DNA of 64,000 nt, taken from assembly GCF_009914755.1 (NCBI RefSeq), contig NC_060929.1; one strand, written 5' to 3'. Position numbers and translations under genes: made by a program. Under the pieces are notes generated by a model. That model was not told the DNA's origin. It was given only the letters and a program-made list of their open reading frames with translations, and searched no databases. Positions 27,986-44,143 of this stretch are shown here, in pieces. Within the stretch, counting starts at the first letter, position 1; each line of letters begins with the position of its first letter. Source of the DNA: the human T2T-CHM13v2.0 reference genome, Homo sapiens.

Positions 27986-28309
27986 TTCTTGAAGATAATT
28001 TTCTTTCTTGGATGTTCCATTTTCTTAGGCCAGCAACAGTCTGCCCTGACCTCCCAGAAGTACCCCTTCTCCCCTTCATACACTTCTTTGGGCACCTTTT
28101 GCCTTCGTGCTAGCCTCTGCGTCCTGTCTCAAAGCCTATCTCAGCCCCTGCATACTGGTGCGGACACGAGAACCTAGGTCCCCTGAGGCTTTTTCCTTTT
28201 CACAAGGACAAAATCCAAATGCAAATTCATGGCTCAGACTTCAGAATTTCAAGGATCTGCAACCATGGTCCAAGAGTCATATTGCATAGGGAAAAAAGGA
28301 GGCAGTTAG

Positions 28310-28810
<501 letters not shown>

Positions 28811-31727
28811 TGACGGGATGCTAATGAGCTACAGACTTCCTCTCGTTTCTAGCAATGAGTCAGCTCCAGACTCACTGAGCCTCCAGGAAAAGATACTGTA
28901 ACCAGTTTCCCAGGCCCCTAGGAGGCTTTTACCCTCACTAGAGGACATTCTGATGGGTGCTTAAGCAAACCTATAGAGAATGTCTTTGCGGGGAGATGCA
29001 GGGCCCCTTTCAATCATTCTCAAACTGCTGCAGAAAGTTAGGTCTCACTTTCTAGAGCTTGGTGGACAGTGGGGAGTACCATGTCCTACTGAGTGTACTC
29101 AGGCAAGGGGACACCACAGCCCTCAGAAAACTAAGCAGAAGTGGGATGCATGGGAGCCAGTGAGGGCCAGTGGACAGTTAGGCACAGTCATCATCCCTGC
29201 TTGTCTGGGCAGCAAAGTGGGGATGGCTTATTCTCAAAGAGACCACACATGCTTAGAAACCCTTTAGCCATGGGTTGAGATGGGTTTCCCAACCATGGGT
29301 TAAAGGAGATGGTCAGCCTCCCCTAATTAAAATGACCTCCTGCCCTTTTGTGGGAACAGAGCAAAGCTACCAGTTGACAGCTAGTAAGATTTTTTTTCCT
29401 GGCACAGCCTGGCTTCACCAGCATGTCACAGAGGAGACTGCCCCACAGTTCTCACCAGGATCTAGGAGCTTCTCTCCAAACCCAGCAGGTCCTGGATCAT
29501 GGGCCTTGTCTGAGATGTGTGCGGTCTGAGTGTGACCAACAGGCTGCTCCACCAAGCACCGTTGGTCGATTTCTTTTTTGCCTCGTAGGACTGTGCTCAC
29601 AGCCCCCTGAACCCACAAGGACCCAAGGACTCAAGGACTCTGTAGTTGCTTGTGCCCAGTACTACAGGAAAGAGGCAGGCTGACGCCATCTTTCTTTTCT
29701 TCCTCCCTCTTTTGCCTTCTCTCTTTTATCCACACTCTACCTTCAGTCACCTTCTGTAGGCCTCCAGACAGTCCACAGATTTTCCCATCCAGTCCTTACA
29801 CCTTCATGGACCATCCTCTCAATGGGTTTCTGCTGCCTGCAACCCTTGGTGGCCCATTCTGGTTCCCACCGCCAGGCCAGCCTTCTCTTGGGTGTGTCCT
29901 TGGCCTTCACTGCCCCCATGCCTTTACTCTCCCCACATTTGCCCATTTCTGTTTCTCTCATCCCTTACCTTTCTAGGGGTGGTGTGGCCGATGGGCCTTC
30001 TCATGATTTGGGGCCTTCTCCTCCAGCTTCTGGCAAACCATGATCCTTAGCACTAACAGAGTCTAATATCTCATGGCATTCTCAGCAGAACTGAGAGAAG
30101 AGGGTGGTGGGGGTTCTGTTCATTGCTAAGTAGTGATAAAAACAAAATTTCAATTTGTCCTAAATTCCCAGTACTTGGCTCTTTTACATGCTTTTAAATA
30201 GTGTGGACCTTTTGTTGCTTCCCTGTCCTTTAGGACTCAACTCAGCTTCTCTTCCCCCCAGGAAATCTTCCAAACCTTCCAGCCCATGTCTCTACCCTGC
30301 AAAGAGGGAGCAGGGACACTTTTTGTCTGCACCACCCATTGGATCATTAATCTTATGCTGCTTTGGGTGAGTTCTCGCCTTAGGGCGGGGACTGTGGGTT
30401 ATGCCTCTTCGTACTTCCTCCTATGTATGCCCCATAGACATCAGGAAATTATTTTGAAAACTAGTTTTTACTCCTTAACACAATAACCTTTGGATGGCAT
30501 AGGAAATTAAAGATGCAACTTCTGTCTTATCCCGAATTCTTATTCCATGTAGAGTTGATCTATATGTAGCCAATATATGTCTCACATGGTGTTACAAAGA
30601 ATAGTTTCTGTACTCTTCCAAGGCACACATCCAAGTGTGACTTCTTTTTTTAAAAATTGGAGAAAAAGGCTACTGCAACTGAAAACATGACTGCAGTTAT
30701 CTCTAAAAGCAGCTAGTCACAGAAATGTATTTTATGTAATTGGAATATTACTATGATACAGACTTTGTACACGTGCACCTTATTTGTGTGCCCCAAAATA
30801 TTTATTGACATATTTGGTAAAGCCACAAGGTAAACAAAATTATCCAAATTTTTCCATTTAGCTTTAGTACGTATTTACAAGAATCTATTTAAAGAAAGGC
30901 CTCTGATATTGCGAAACCACATTTTTTTTTCCTGAGAAACCACGTTTGGAACAGCCAACCCCCGAGCAGACATGAATGGAATACCTGCTACACATCAGGG
31001 ACTGTGGGAGGCTCTGAGGGCACAAGATAAGCAGGGGCTTGCAGCCGGGAGGAGGGGACAGGGGTGGGGGTACTGAGAATCCAGGGGTAGGATTCTGTGT
31101 TTGAGAAGTCTTGACTTAGAGGAGGGAGAGACAACTTCACGCTTGGTGGTGATGGTGGCTGCTGGAGGTGATCATGCCAGGCTCTGTGAAGTTCCAGAGC
31201 ATCTGAAGCTGAGAGGGGGCTCTCTTGGCTTGCGAGGGAAAGGGTAAACCGATAACATTCTGGGCATGTGCACCTACCCTGAGCATGATGTGAGAGGAGG
31301 CTGCCTAGTTTCAGGTAGACACAGGTGCCCTTTGCCCTGGCAGAGAAGCTTACCCTCATGGCCCGCAGGACAGCAGGCTGGGGGGTGTCTGCCCTGCACG
31401 GATGGGGTTTTTTGACCCGTCTGTTCTCTCATTCTATCCTTTCTGCTACATCAAGGATGTTTATAAGGCAATGGATGTTTGTTTATAAGGTATCCCTATG
31501 GTGGGGATAAGTGGGAGGTGGAGAATGGGAAAATCAGAGGGAAAGAAGCTATAGGTCTGAGCTGGAAATAAAGTGTCTCCTTGTGTGAGACCAGTAATGC
31601 CTGCTCACCAGTAATAACCAGCTTCAGCAGGGACCCCCACCACCCCACCTCACCCTTAGCTGAGCCTCAGTCCTGGAGGCCTAAACATAGAGAAAAAATA
31701 ATTTGACTTAAGAAAAGTAAGATAGAC

Positions 31728-32068
<341 letters not shown>

Positions 32069-33392
32069 CTATTTCTTAAAAATTAATGTTATCTATTCAT
32101 CTCTAATGCATTGAAGACCACTAGGATTTAAAGAGGAGTATTATGTTGGCGTTTGGGAGGAGGGTTTTTTCCCGATAAGTTTAACTAAAATTCCAAAGGT
32201 TGCACTTCTACATGACTTGTGTCATTCAGACTATTACAAGATTCTGCTCACTCCGGAGGCTTGTACTAATTAAGCCCAAGAGACTTACAGTACCTTAGGC
32301 CTGACTTCTGTTAAAGTTTTACTTAATATACCAATTTTTAGGCCACTTATGGGTGTTAGCACTCTATGGAAAATTTTCTTTTTCCAAAGCAACAGTTGGT
32401 GGCTGACTTTTCAGAAGGAATTATTCACCTCACATGAAGGAATCAGTTTCTGGCATTTTGCTCAACCTAAATCATCCATTCAGTGAGCATGCATGCCTGC
32501 TGGCACTTGGCCCAGTGGAAGATACAGGATGGATGAGACTGAAGTCACTCCTTGCATCTGCTCTTGCTAGAATAGAATCCCTGGCTTGGCTAATGAGACC
32601 CCCATTTACCCAGTCACCCCCATCCTAACCTGGGAACCACCTTTAGCATCCTTGCTTTCCTGAGCCCCCTGCATCCTAGAAGCCACTTAGTTCCAAAGGT
32701 GATGTCTTTGAAACAACTCTTGACTCCATGCCCACTTCCCAACCCACCACCACTTCCTTTAAGCCATTATGACCTCTCATCCTACAGAGCCTCATGACCA
32801 CTCCCTCTGCCTCCTTGTAATGTGTGCTGGAGCCAGTTCATACTGACTTGTGAGAACTGATTGTTTAATTTTCTGGTATTTTGTGATTTAGTGTTAAACC
32901 AGCCATTATTAAAAATTAAATTATATAAGCATGCATTTAAGCAAATTTTATTTGTAAGAAGTAATAAGTACTTACATTCCATCCCTTCCCAAGCACATAA
33001 CTATATTTTACTATCATGTGTGCTCTTGACATTTGTACGTCTGTTTTATCTGTATTATGGAAATGCCAGATAAAGCTGTGCCCTGCACACATCTTCCCAA
33101 CTCCACATTCAGTGACATCATTCTGGCAGCTTTAAACAGCCATGAAGGGAGTATTTTTAGATCAAGAAAATTGGCAAACTCTACAAATCAGGACCTTTTT
33201 TTAATTGATTTTTCTAGACTTAAAAAAATGATGAAGAAAATGTTAATAATACAAGATAAACTTAAATGTGTATCATGTCTATAGTAGTTTCATTGTGAAT
33301 AACCCAAAAATATCAAGAATGATTCCCCCAGTATTTACAAACTATTATTTGATTCAACAAAGAAGTTCCTCACATCACTGACAAATGAGTGA

Positions 33393-33729
<337 letters not shown>

Positions 33730-33947
33730 CTCATCTTACTTTTTGATGTAAGTGAAAATATCAAGTAACATTTATGCCAAGACTCCACTCATTCATTAAC
33801 TGTAACCATAAATTGGCTGCTGATACAAGAGGTCAAAAAAAACAGCAAAAGCATTTTGTGGGAATCCATTGGCTATATAGACTCTACAACCAAGAGTGCC
33901 TTATATTTGAATATTGTTTTGAAATTGTGTGTTATACATTCTTTGTA

Positions 33948-34404
33948 TTAGGGATTGGGAAATTTATTTCTTAAAGGGCCAGATAGTAAACATTAGGCCT
34001 TATGGTCTCTGTCAAACTGCTTAACTCAACTCTGCCATTGTAATGGGAAAGCAGCAATAGATGATATATAAATGATGGGCAAGGCTATGTTCTAATGAAA
34101 TTGTATTTACAGAAACAGGTGGCCAGTACATACTGACTTGCGAAAACTGATTGTTTGATTTTCTGGAATTTTGTGATTCAGTTGTTAAACCAGCCATTAT
34201 TAAAAATTAAATTACATAAACATGCAATTAAACAAATGCTATGTTTAAGAAATAATAAGAACAGCCCATCCCTTCCCAAGCACATTACTATAGTTCACTA
34301 TCGTGTTAGTAATGTCAAGAGCATACATGATGGTAAGCTATAGTAATGTGCTATGTGGCCATATGCTAAATTATGGCCTGGACCGTAATTTCCTGACCTC
34401 CGCT
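33948..34404. mobile_element. MER58-like element carrying an internal ~235-bp templated insert
   Basis: taaagggccagatagtaaa...gtatttacagaaacaggtggccag, then insert, then ...tggcctggaccgtaatttcctgacctc. Confidence 0.65.
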
Positions 34405-35004
34405 TTATATCAGTAAAATGTATAATAAACTTATGTTCGGCTATCTTTGCTTTTTCAGCAAGCTGGTGGTTAAACTCTTAGCAGCATACTGTTGACTACT
34501 ATCCTATCTGGTCCCCAGTCCTCATTGTGAAGGGCTCAGTGGTGGTTCCTCATCACTGACTAAACCATCATCAGGCATCTTTGAGGAGCACGCTCCTGAC
34601 TTCCTGCCCCGCTTTCCCTGCCACCTTCCCAAGTCACACTAGGCTGTTTGTAGTTCTCTGGACATGCCAGGCTTGGCCATGCCTCTGTGTGTCACTCCCT
34701 CTGTCTAGCATGCTCTTCCTTCCTCCTGTCCTCCTGGAAAAATCTTGGTCCCCTGAGCCAGGTCAGGAGCCCCCTCTGTGACTGCCCCCGGCCACCTCTC
34801 TCCTCCTCCCCGCTGTGGAGTGGATTTGGCACTGACCACACTATCACTGCTCAGCCTGACCAGACCCTCCAGGGCAGCATCATGTCTTGGTCGCTGTGTC
34901 CCCATCTCCCACTGATGCTGCTGAATGCACTTAGTAAAGATTTGATCAGTGGAGCTCATGGAAGAGCCTATGTTTTAGTAATCCAAGTAAGATGTCTTTC
35001 GTGT

Positions 35005-35190
35005 TGACACTTTGTATCTGTTACTCTCCAAGTGCATTTCATACATTAACTCCTGCAATCCTTACCACAACTCCAGGAGGGAGATACTAGGCTCCCCTTT
35101 CTACAGATGAGGAAACTGAGGCTTGAAGTGGTCAAGAAGCCTGTCCAGGCTTCACATGGGATGCGTGTGGCAGAACCAGGATTCTAACCC
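35005..35190 (-). mobile_element. MIR
   Basis: ctacagatgaggaaactgaggcttgaagtggtcaag...gtggcagaaccaggattctaaccc. Confidence 0.75.
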
Positions 35191-35347
35191 TAAAGTAGTT
35201 AGCAATATGGAAATAAAGGAAGCACAAGTGTATCTTCGGAGAATTCATAAGAGAAAGGTTTCCCTTGCTTGGGAAGTGAGGGGATGACTTCATAGAGGAG
35301 GTGTTGACTGACGTGGGTTTGAGCAGTGGATAGAATATGTCATTGTA

Positions 35348-35644
35348 GGCCTGGTGCGGTGGCTTATGTCTGTAATCCCAGCACTTTGGGAGGCCGAGGT
35401 GGGCGGATCACGAGGTCAGGAGTTCGAGACCAGTCTGGCCAACATGGTGAAAACCCATCTCTACTAAAAATACAAAAAGTAGCTGGGCATGGTGGCGGGT
35501 GCCTGTAATCCCAGCTTCTCAGAAGGCTGAGGCAGGAGACTCACTTGAATCCAGGAGGCGGAGGTTGCCGTGAGCCGAGATCCCACCATTACACTCCAGC
35601 CTGGGTGACAGAGCAAGACTCCATCGCAGAAAAAAAAAAAAAAA
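35348..35644 (+). mobile_element. AluSg-like, inserted in an L2-like fragment
   Basis: ggcggatcacgaggtcaggagttcgag; TSD agaatatgtcattgta at 35332-35347 and 35645-35660. Confidence 0.93.
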
Positions 35645-37062
35645 AGAATATGTCATTGTAGGGAGAGATCCTCTGCAAAAGTGAAAAGGCAACGAAAGGC
35701 AAGAGAGGAGATAATCAAGCATGGCTGGTCCCCTCAATGTGTAGAGTAGGGGAGCTTGAGCTGAGGGTACAGTTGGTGCCCAGATGCTCAGCTGCCCACC
35801 TGGCTTGGCCTGGCTTCCTCCACAGTCCATACCCTACCTCCAGGTGCTTCAGGGTCCACAGCCACCCCAGTGGGTGTTTGGGCTGAAGTAGATCATGTCA
35901 TGTGGATGGGCCTGTTTACGTGATGTGCCATGGAAGGGAGTGGCAGGTGGGCAGCTTGGAGTGAAAAGCTAAGAGAGTGAGGTAGCTAACTGCATCTGTA
36001 CGGAGAATCCTGGGTCTCTTTTATGGAAAACTGGAGGCCCAGACCTGCGTAGCTCCTTGAAGGCCATGAGAGCACCTCGTCCAGGAGTGGGCAAGGTTGG
36101 GCATGCAGTAATGTAAATGGAGTAGTAAATGTCAGCTCTGACTGCAGCATTTCAGTTCAGCTTTCTACCACACTTTGGAGGTATGCAGCCAACTGCACCT
36201 AAAACCCAGCCATTGTACCACCTGCTTCTTTGTCTATAGGACCCTTTATTTCTAACATGGTCAAAGCAGTGTTCATCACATAAGATTAGACTCAAGCGTC
36301 TGGATCTTCGCTTCTGTGGTGCCTCATTTAAATAATTTCTAAGAACAAAATTCCAAGAGGTATGGTTTCCTCTAGTGCCATTGCTTGAAAAAGAAGTGAG
36401 GAGGAGGAAGAATTTGAAGTGTTCTTCCTTCCGCTTCTCACCCTGGTTTGCTGAAGGCTAGGTTTCCTGGGTGAGATTTCAGAGCCCAGCTCCAGGAAAC
36501 TGAAGAAAGTATGCATTTACTCATCCTGACCAGCTGCACCTAAACCCAGAATCACCATGTAAGGAGTGGCTTCAACTTTTCCTCATTATTTGTTAGTCAA
36601 ACAAGATGGCTGCAGGATGGGAGGCTGAACAGCTGCAACGTATGTACTCGAGGGTCTGGGGAGGAAGAAAAGGGCCAGGTCTCAGTGGGTGCCATTAGTT
36701 CTGCAAGTGCCTTTTGAGCACTTTCATAGCAAACACAACCCTGAACTATGGCACGATGAAGAGAAAGCACGGGGGAGCCTGCTCTCAAGCTGCTTTGGGT
36801 CTAGTAGAGGTTTGTGAGAAGGTTTCAGATCACTGGAACTGTTGAAAAGAGTTTAAGTCTATTCGCAGAGCTTTGGCCCACAAGTTACAAAGGAAACAAA
36901 AGGCAGATTCATAAGAAGCCAGTTGTAATCCATAGGGAACACTGGACCTGTCTGATGGCGGAAATCCCTACAGGAGGAACGTTCACATCTACCCACTGGT
37001 GCTAGGGAACAGCAGCTCCTTCAGCACCTGTGTTCGATGAGGAGGAGTGTGGAAGGGCTAAC

Positions 37063-37237
37063 ATAGTGGCTCCCAACCTTGGCTGCACATTGGAATCACC
37101 TGGAGAATTATCAAAGAAAACAACAACAACAAAAACAGAGGCTCTGATAGATTGGGTCTGGGGTGCAGTCTGGGCATGAGGATTTCTGAGAGCGCCCCAG
37201 GGGATTCTGATGTACTGCTGAGGGTGAGAACCACCAA
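37063..37237. mobile_element. MER5-family hAT element
   Basis: agtggctcccaaccttggctgcacattggaatcacctggag...gattctgatgtac...tgagaaccac. Confidence 0.75.
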
Positions 37238-39070
37238 ATTTCTGAGTGAATTAGATCTGGCGCGATCATGTTATATTAGGCTAGGGAGCTTTCCTGCTGG
37301 ATGTCTTGGAGGGGGACAAGACTGATTTGACCAAAAACTCCTGTTAGGGCAGGCTGATAGAAGGATGGCCTTTGTATAATTCTCACAAGGAAGACCAGGC
37401 CACTGTGGAACTGCCAGGGGTAGGGACCATGCCTTCATCGTCATCATCTTATATCTGTCTCCTAGGTCCTGGCACACAGAAAATATCTATTGAATAAATA
37501 CTTGCATCCAGGCAGAGAGAAGCCATGGTGTTTGGGTAGCAGCAGTGGTTTCTGAGAGACAGGGGCCTGTGTGTGCCCTTCCTCAGGCTTTGTCAGGGCC
37601 AGGGAGCTTGGAGCATAGCTTGGGCTTCCAGAGCAGCCAGTGGCCCAAGAGAAGTCTGACCTGGGCAAAGCTGCTCTCCTCTCTGGACTCAGAGAGCACT
37701 GTGATGATGTGGCTCTGCCTGTCTTGTCAGCCATGTTTCCAGCACTTAGCATGAAGCCTGGTGCACAGGAGGTGCTTCCGTAGGGGTAGATGATGTGCTG
37801 GGCAGTCAGCCCTCTTCCTGGAACTGGCTTCAGGCACCGAAGCTCCTCTATCTGCAGGGCCTGACCTGAAGGCACTTTACTTCCTGATTACAGTGAGATT
37901 TGGGGACAAATACAACAAAAATTCATTCCACAGTCTACACCCCAAGCCCCATTATCTGATTCAGCTGACAGGTTTTTGGGTTTTTTTGTTTTTTGTTTTT
38001 GTTTTTTTCATGTCTCTTGCACATTAATGTTTTATGGTTTGAGATTTGATAGGGGAAGTAATAGTGTGAGTGGGATTTATACAGTTTCCTGCTTTAATTG
38101 AAATTAGAAAAATTCACCCAACATCCTTTAGGCTATGAGAACTTTGGTTTTTTTAAAAAAAAATCTTCAATAGATCATCGTCCCTGCGACGCTGCACCAC
38201 CAAAACTCCAAGTCTTGTTTCTCTGCCTGTCACTACTGGGCTCTCAGGAGATGCAGCAAACGGCTGCCCCCTTTAGCCACAGAAGCACAGTGTTCTGGGT
38301 AAGCAGTTGAGGGGTAAGATCCAAAGCATGTGCCAGTGTATCACCATGGGGTGAGAGTCCAGAGACAGCGGTTGTTGAGTAGGCCCTGGGGTCGGTCAGC
38401 TGTGCCAAGTGGTCCAGGCTCAGGCAGGGGCAGCTTTTTGCATTAGAGGGCAGATCACCACTGCTCCACTGCTGTCAGGGGCTCTTCCTCTGTGCCTAAG
38501 AACCTTGGCGCCTATGCTTGGGGAACTCACTGCTGTGGAAATACAGCCTCGTGGGTGTGTGGGGGTCTGCCTGGCCTGCAGCAGCTCCATGAGGCCAGAG
38601 CGGGGCCTATGTATGTTCTTTCATCTTCTGATGAATGTTGTCCCTCAGAGGGAATTGTCTGAACAGTGGCCCCAGAGACATGTTCTATATTAGGAATTTA
38701 AAGTGACATTAAAAACTGCAACATCTTTAAAACATCCAACCAAAGGTTCTAGGGGCTTCGGGGCTCTAGGCCTTGCTCCTGGATGGCAGCCCCCCGGTGG
38801 CCATCAAGGGCGCTTTGGTCCAGATGTCCCCTGGGGCTTCTGTGCAGAGAATGTGCAAGGTCAGGCCCAAGTAGGCCCTCCAGAGGCAGAAGCTGATGAT
38901 GACCAAGGGGGTCCAGGCCCCTTGGGGCCTCTCAACTCATTAGCTTCTATGGGGCCAACAGGGTAAAACTGTTGGGAAAATGGACCTTTCAAAAATTCTT
39001 TTTAGACAATGTGGACTGTTATTTGTAAACTTAGAAAGAGGAGGGTATGCTAAAACATTGTTTTCTCAAA

Positions 39071-39105
39071 ACACACAGACACACACACACACACACACAC
39101 ACACA
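39071..39105. repeat. Interrupted (CA)n microsatellite
   Basis: Read directly from the sequence. Confidence 0.9.
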
Positions 39106-39350
39106 AATGTCTTCACATAAAAAGGAAAGGGAAGAGAAACTTCCTCACTGTCTTCAGAATTCAGTTACTCCTTCACAGCTGCTGAAGGTGAGCAGCGTTG
39201 TGATGAATTCCTGGGGTACACTCTGGTTCCTCTTGATTCAGTGGTGGAGAGTGTAGAAGCAGATGCTGCAGCCAGTGAGTGTCGTCCCTTGTGGAGTGGC
39301 CAGTGCAGAAGTTATCCCTTCCCCTTGTGTTTGAACTAATCTGGGGCTGA

Positions 39351-39741
<391 letters not shown>

Positions 39742-40727
39742 GGGAAGTTCTACCGTTTTCTAAGGCTTCCAGCAACACTGAGTCACAGACCTGGGTGAGT
39801 CATCTGCACTTGCAGCGTTCTTCACAAAAGCCCCCAACTTGTTCTCAGTGCTGAACTGGCTCCCCTGGCCATCTCTCTGGCATGTGATTGTCAGGGCCAA
39901 TGAGGCTGGCATGGCCTTTGTGACTAATATGTCCCCATGTGAGAATAAGAGATAAGTTGGAAAACATTTGATTCCCTGGAGAAGTCTTAACCCTTGGCCT
40001 CCCATTTTCAGTAGCAGCATTTAGAGAAGAAAGTGTAATTTTGTGTTTGGTCTTTCAAATCCATCTCTCTTATTCCTTTGGAAGCATCTTCACTTTCTCC
40101 AGAATCACTGTATTAAAGCCATTCCTCCTCTCCCAATCCATCCTGCACCCCCTTCCAGATTCATCTCCCCAAGATAACACTTGACTCTTTTATTTCTGTC
40201 TTAAAAACTTACACTGACTCCCTGTTGTGTATAAGGTCTGTCTTGCTGACTTAAAGTCCCAGCCCTTGATCCTTTACCCTTCCCGTGACTCCTGTGGAGC
40301 CTGCACTGTAGAAGGCTCAGCTTCTTACACCCTGTTACTCCTGGCTCCTGATCCCCAGGTATACTGCATATTCAAAGGGCAATCTAGAAGTCTGGTCCCT
40401 CTCATGGAATGTTCCCTTCACGATAGCTTACTGTCCTTTCGGAGCCCTGCTGCACTTGCTGGCTGCGTCACACAGCCCAGCACTCAGCCAAGTTTTGTCT
40501 CACTACACAGGTCATCCCAGGCAGCATTCAGTATCTTCTCCATCTTGACCTCTTCTTTCCCCAAGGGCCTTACACGGTGCTAGGTAGGTGACTAATACAT
40601 TCAGACTAAATTAGATTACCTGAAATTATTCATAATTAGGTTACCAGCATCATGTCTTATAAATCAATCACTAGAAAGGCACTTACTTGATGAGCTACAC
40701 AGAAGGAATAAGACAGCCCCTGTTCTA

Positions 40728-41139
<412 letters not shown>

Positions 41140-41459
41140 GAAGAGATAGACATAAGAGATGTTTTGATCAAAACATTAACCAGAATGTTTTTGAAGTGAG
41201 GTATTGAAGGGTGAGATGGAAAGAAGAATAAAGAATGGCCCCACCTGAGTAGCAGGGCATTGACTGTTCCATGAATTCCAAGGTGGAAGGAGTATCACAG
41301 AGCCCTGAGTGAAGGTTTCTGCTGGACAAGAGAAGCAGGGAGGATGAGGGTGTGCTGGACCGAGGTGACATAAGAGCCAACGTCTGGCTAGATATGCAGA
41401 GAGAGGAATCCAAGGAGATCCGAAATGGCATGCTGTATCTGAAAATAATGAAGTGTAAT

Positions 41460-41650
41460 ACAATAATATTTTATTGAGTGTTTGTTTTGGGACAGGCCCT
41501 AGACTGTCTTAAAGGCATCGTCTCAATTAATCATCTTATCAAGCCCATAAGATAGTATTATCCTTATTCAGCAGATGAAGAAACTGATACTCAGAGAGCA
41601 GTTACACAGCTAGCAAATGTGCAAGCTTGGCATCATACCTCGAGACCACT
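41460..41650 (-). mobile_element. MIR
   Basis: tattttattgagtg...cagatgaagaaactga...cacagctagcaaatg. Confidence 0.6.
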
Positions 41651-43833
41651 ACACAGCCCTTCCCTGTGGTGCCTTTGAACAAATGTTTTCACTGGCACAG
41701 GCCACTCACAACATGAAGTACACTCAGCCACTTTTTGTAAGTCATGGGGGAAGCAAACATTGTGAAAAAGACACCCAGAGCTCACCCTCAGTTCACATTC
41801 CAGCCAATTTTTTCTCAAGCATTTTATTGTGAAAATTGTCAGGCATACAGCAAAGTTGAAAGAATTTTACAGTAAACACCTGAATAACCACCACCTAGAT
41901 TCTACTGTTAACATTTTACTATATTTGCATTATCACATCTCTTTAAATATACATCCCTCTGTACATCCTTAATCCATCTTGTTTTTTTAAAATAAATTTC
42001 ATCTATTAGTACTTTTCCTCCTAAAGCCTTTAGCGTGCATATCATTAGCAACAGTTCTATATCTGCTTACATTTTATGTAAAATTAACATACAAAGAAAT
42101 GCACAAATGGTAAGTGTACCTTTGTGTGACCTTTGACAAATGTATACACCTTTGTAACCTAAACCCTAAGAAGACGTAGAACATCACTGCCACTCCAGAG
42201 AAGGTCCTTCTTCCTCTTCCCAATTAATGTCTGTCCCCCAGTCCTCAGAAGAAACCATTGAGCTGATTTTATCCACCATAGATTAGTTTTGCCTGTTCTA
42301 GAATTTCATCTAAATGGAGTCACAGTATTTACTCATTCGTGGAAGGCTTCTTTCAGTCAATATAATGTTTTTGAGATGTATTTATGGTTTTGAGTATATG
42401 ATTTGGTTGCTTTTTACTGCTGAGCACTGTTCTATTGCATGGATATACCACAGTTTGTTTATCCATTCTCCCATTGATGGGCACCTAGATTGGTGCCAGT
42501 CTTGAGCTATTATGAATAAAGCTGCTGTGAATATTCTTATACAAGTCTCTTTGTGAATATATATTTTTATTTCTCTTGGGAAAATACCTAGGAGTAGATT
42601 TGCTAAGTCATGGATTAAATGTGTGTTTACTTTTGTAAGAAACTGCCAGTTCTCCCAAAGTAGTTTTTAGCATTTGACATCGCCAAGAACAATGTATGAG
42701 GGATTCAGTTGCTGCACATCCTTGCCAACAGTTGGTTTGCCAGTCTTTACAATTGTAGCCATTTTATTAGGTGTGCAGGTCTTAATTTGCACTTCTCTGA
42801 TGACTAATAATGTTGAACAATTTTTCGTGTGCTATTGGTCTTTTTTAAATGTCATCTTTTGTAAAGTGTCTACTCAAATCCTTTGCTATTTTAATTGGGT
42901 TGTTTTATTATTGAGTTGTATTAGTTCTGCATATATCCTGATGAATACATCAGTCTATTACTAGGTGTATGTTTTGCTCATATGTACTTTCACTCTGTGA
43001 GTTTCCTATTCATTTAACAGTATATTTTAAGAAGTTTTTAGTTTGATAGTTTAATTTGTTAATATTTTATGTTCGTTGTTTTCTGTGACCTACCTAAGAA
43101 AACTTTACCTACCCTCAAGTCAGGAAGATATTTTGTATTTTCCTTTAAAAACTTAGTGGTTTTACATTTAGGACTATCATCCATCTAGAGTTAGTTTTTG
43201 TGTATGGTGTCAGATGGGATCAAGCTTAATATTTTTCCATTTGGATATCTATTATTCAAGCACCATTTGTTGAAAAGACTTTCTTTTCTTCATTGGATTG
43301 TTTTGACATCTTTGTCAAAAGTCAAATGAGTATGTAATATTGATCTGTTTCTGGACTCTGTTCTTTGCATTGATCTATTGGTCAATCTACATATTGCATG
43401 CTTTCTTAATTACTTTATAGTAAGTCTCAAAGTCAGGTAATGTAAGTTCTTCAACTTAACATTGCATGATTTGGTATTCTATGTCCTTTCAATTTCTATA
43501 TAAATTTTAGAATTAGCTTGATAATGTTTCCCCCAAAAGCCTGCTGAGTTTATTTTTAGGATTACATTGATGCTGTAGATCAATTGGAGAGAATTGATAT
43601 TTGATGATATTGATTCTTCCAGTCCATGATATGGGGTAGTTTTATGTTTGTTTGGATCTTCTTTAATGTCTCTCAGCAATGTTAAGTAGTTTTCAGTATA
43701 GAAGTCTTGCATATCTTTGTTAAATTTATTTCAAAGTACTTTATGTTTGCTGATGTTGTGACAAATGGAATTGATTTCTAAGTTCATTTTCTAAATGTTT
43801 GCTGCCAGTACATAAACATACAATTGATTTTTT

Positions 43834-44143
<310 letters not shown>

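Noticed and set aside
36898-36945. cag|ATTCATAAG... reading IHKKPVVIHREH, superficially like the next PDE8B exon (IHKIHRD...)
   Set aside because: No polypyrimidine tract (preceded by aaggaaacaaaagg) and the peptide diverges after three residues; chance
38785-38815. CTCF-like GC-rich motifs (also at ~47620-47637)
   Set aside because: Spacing is off by one base or core positions mismatch; not supportable without ChIP data
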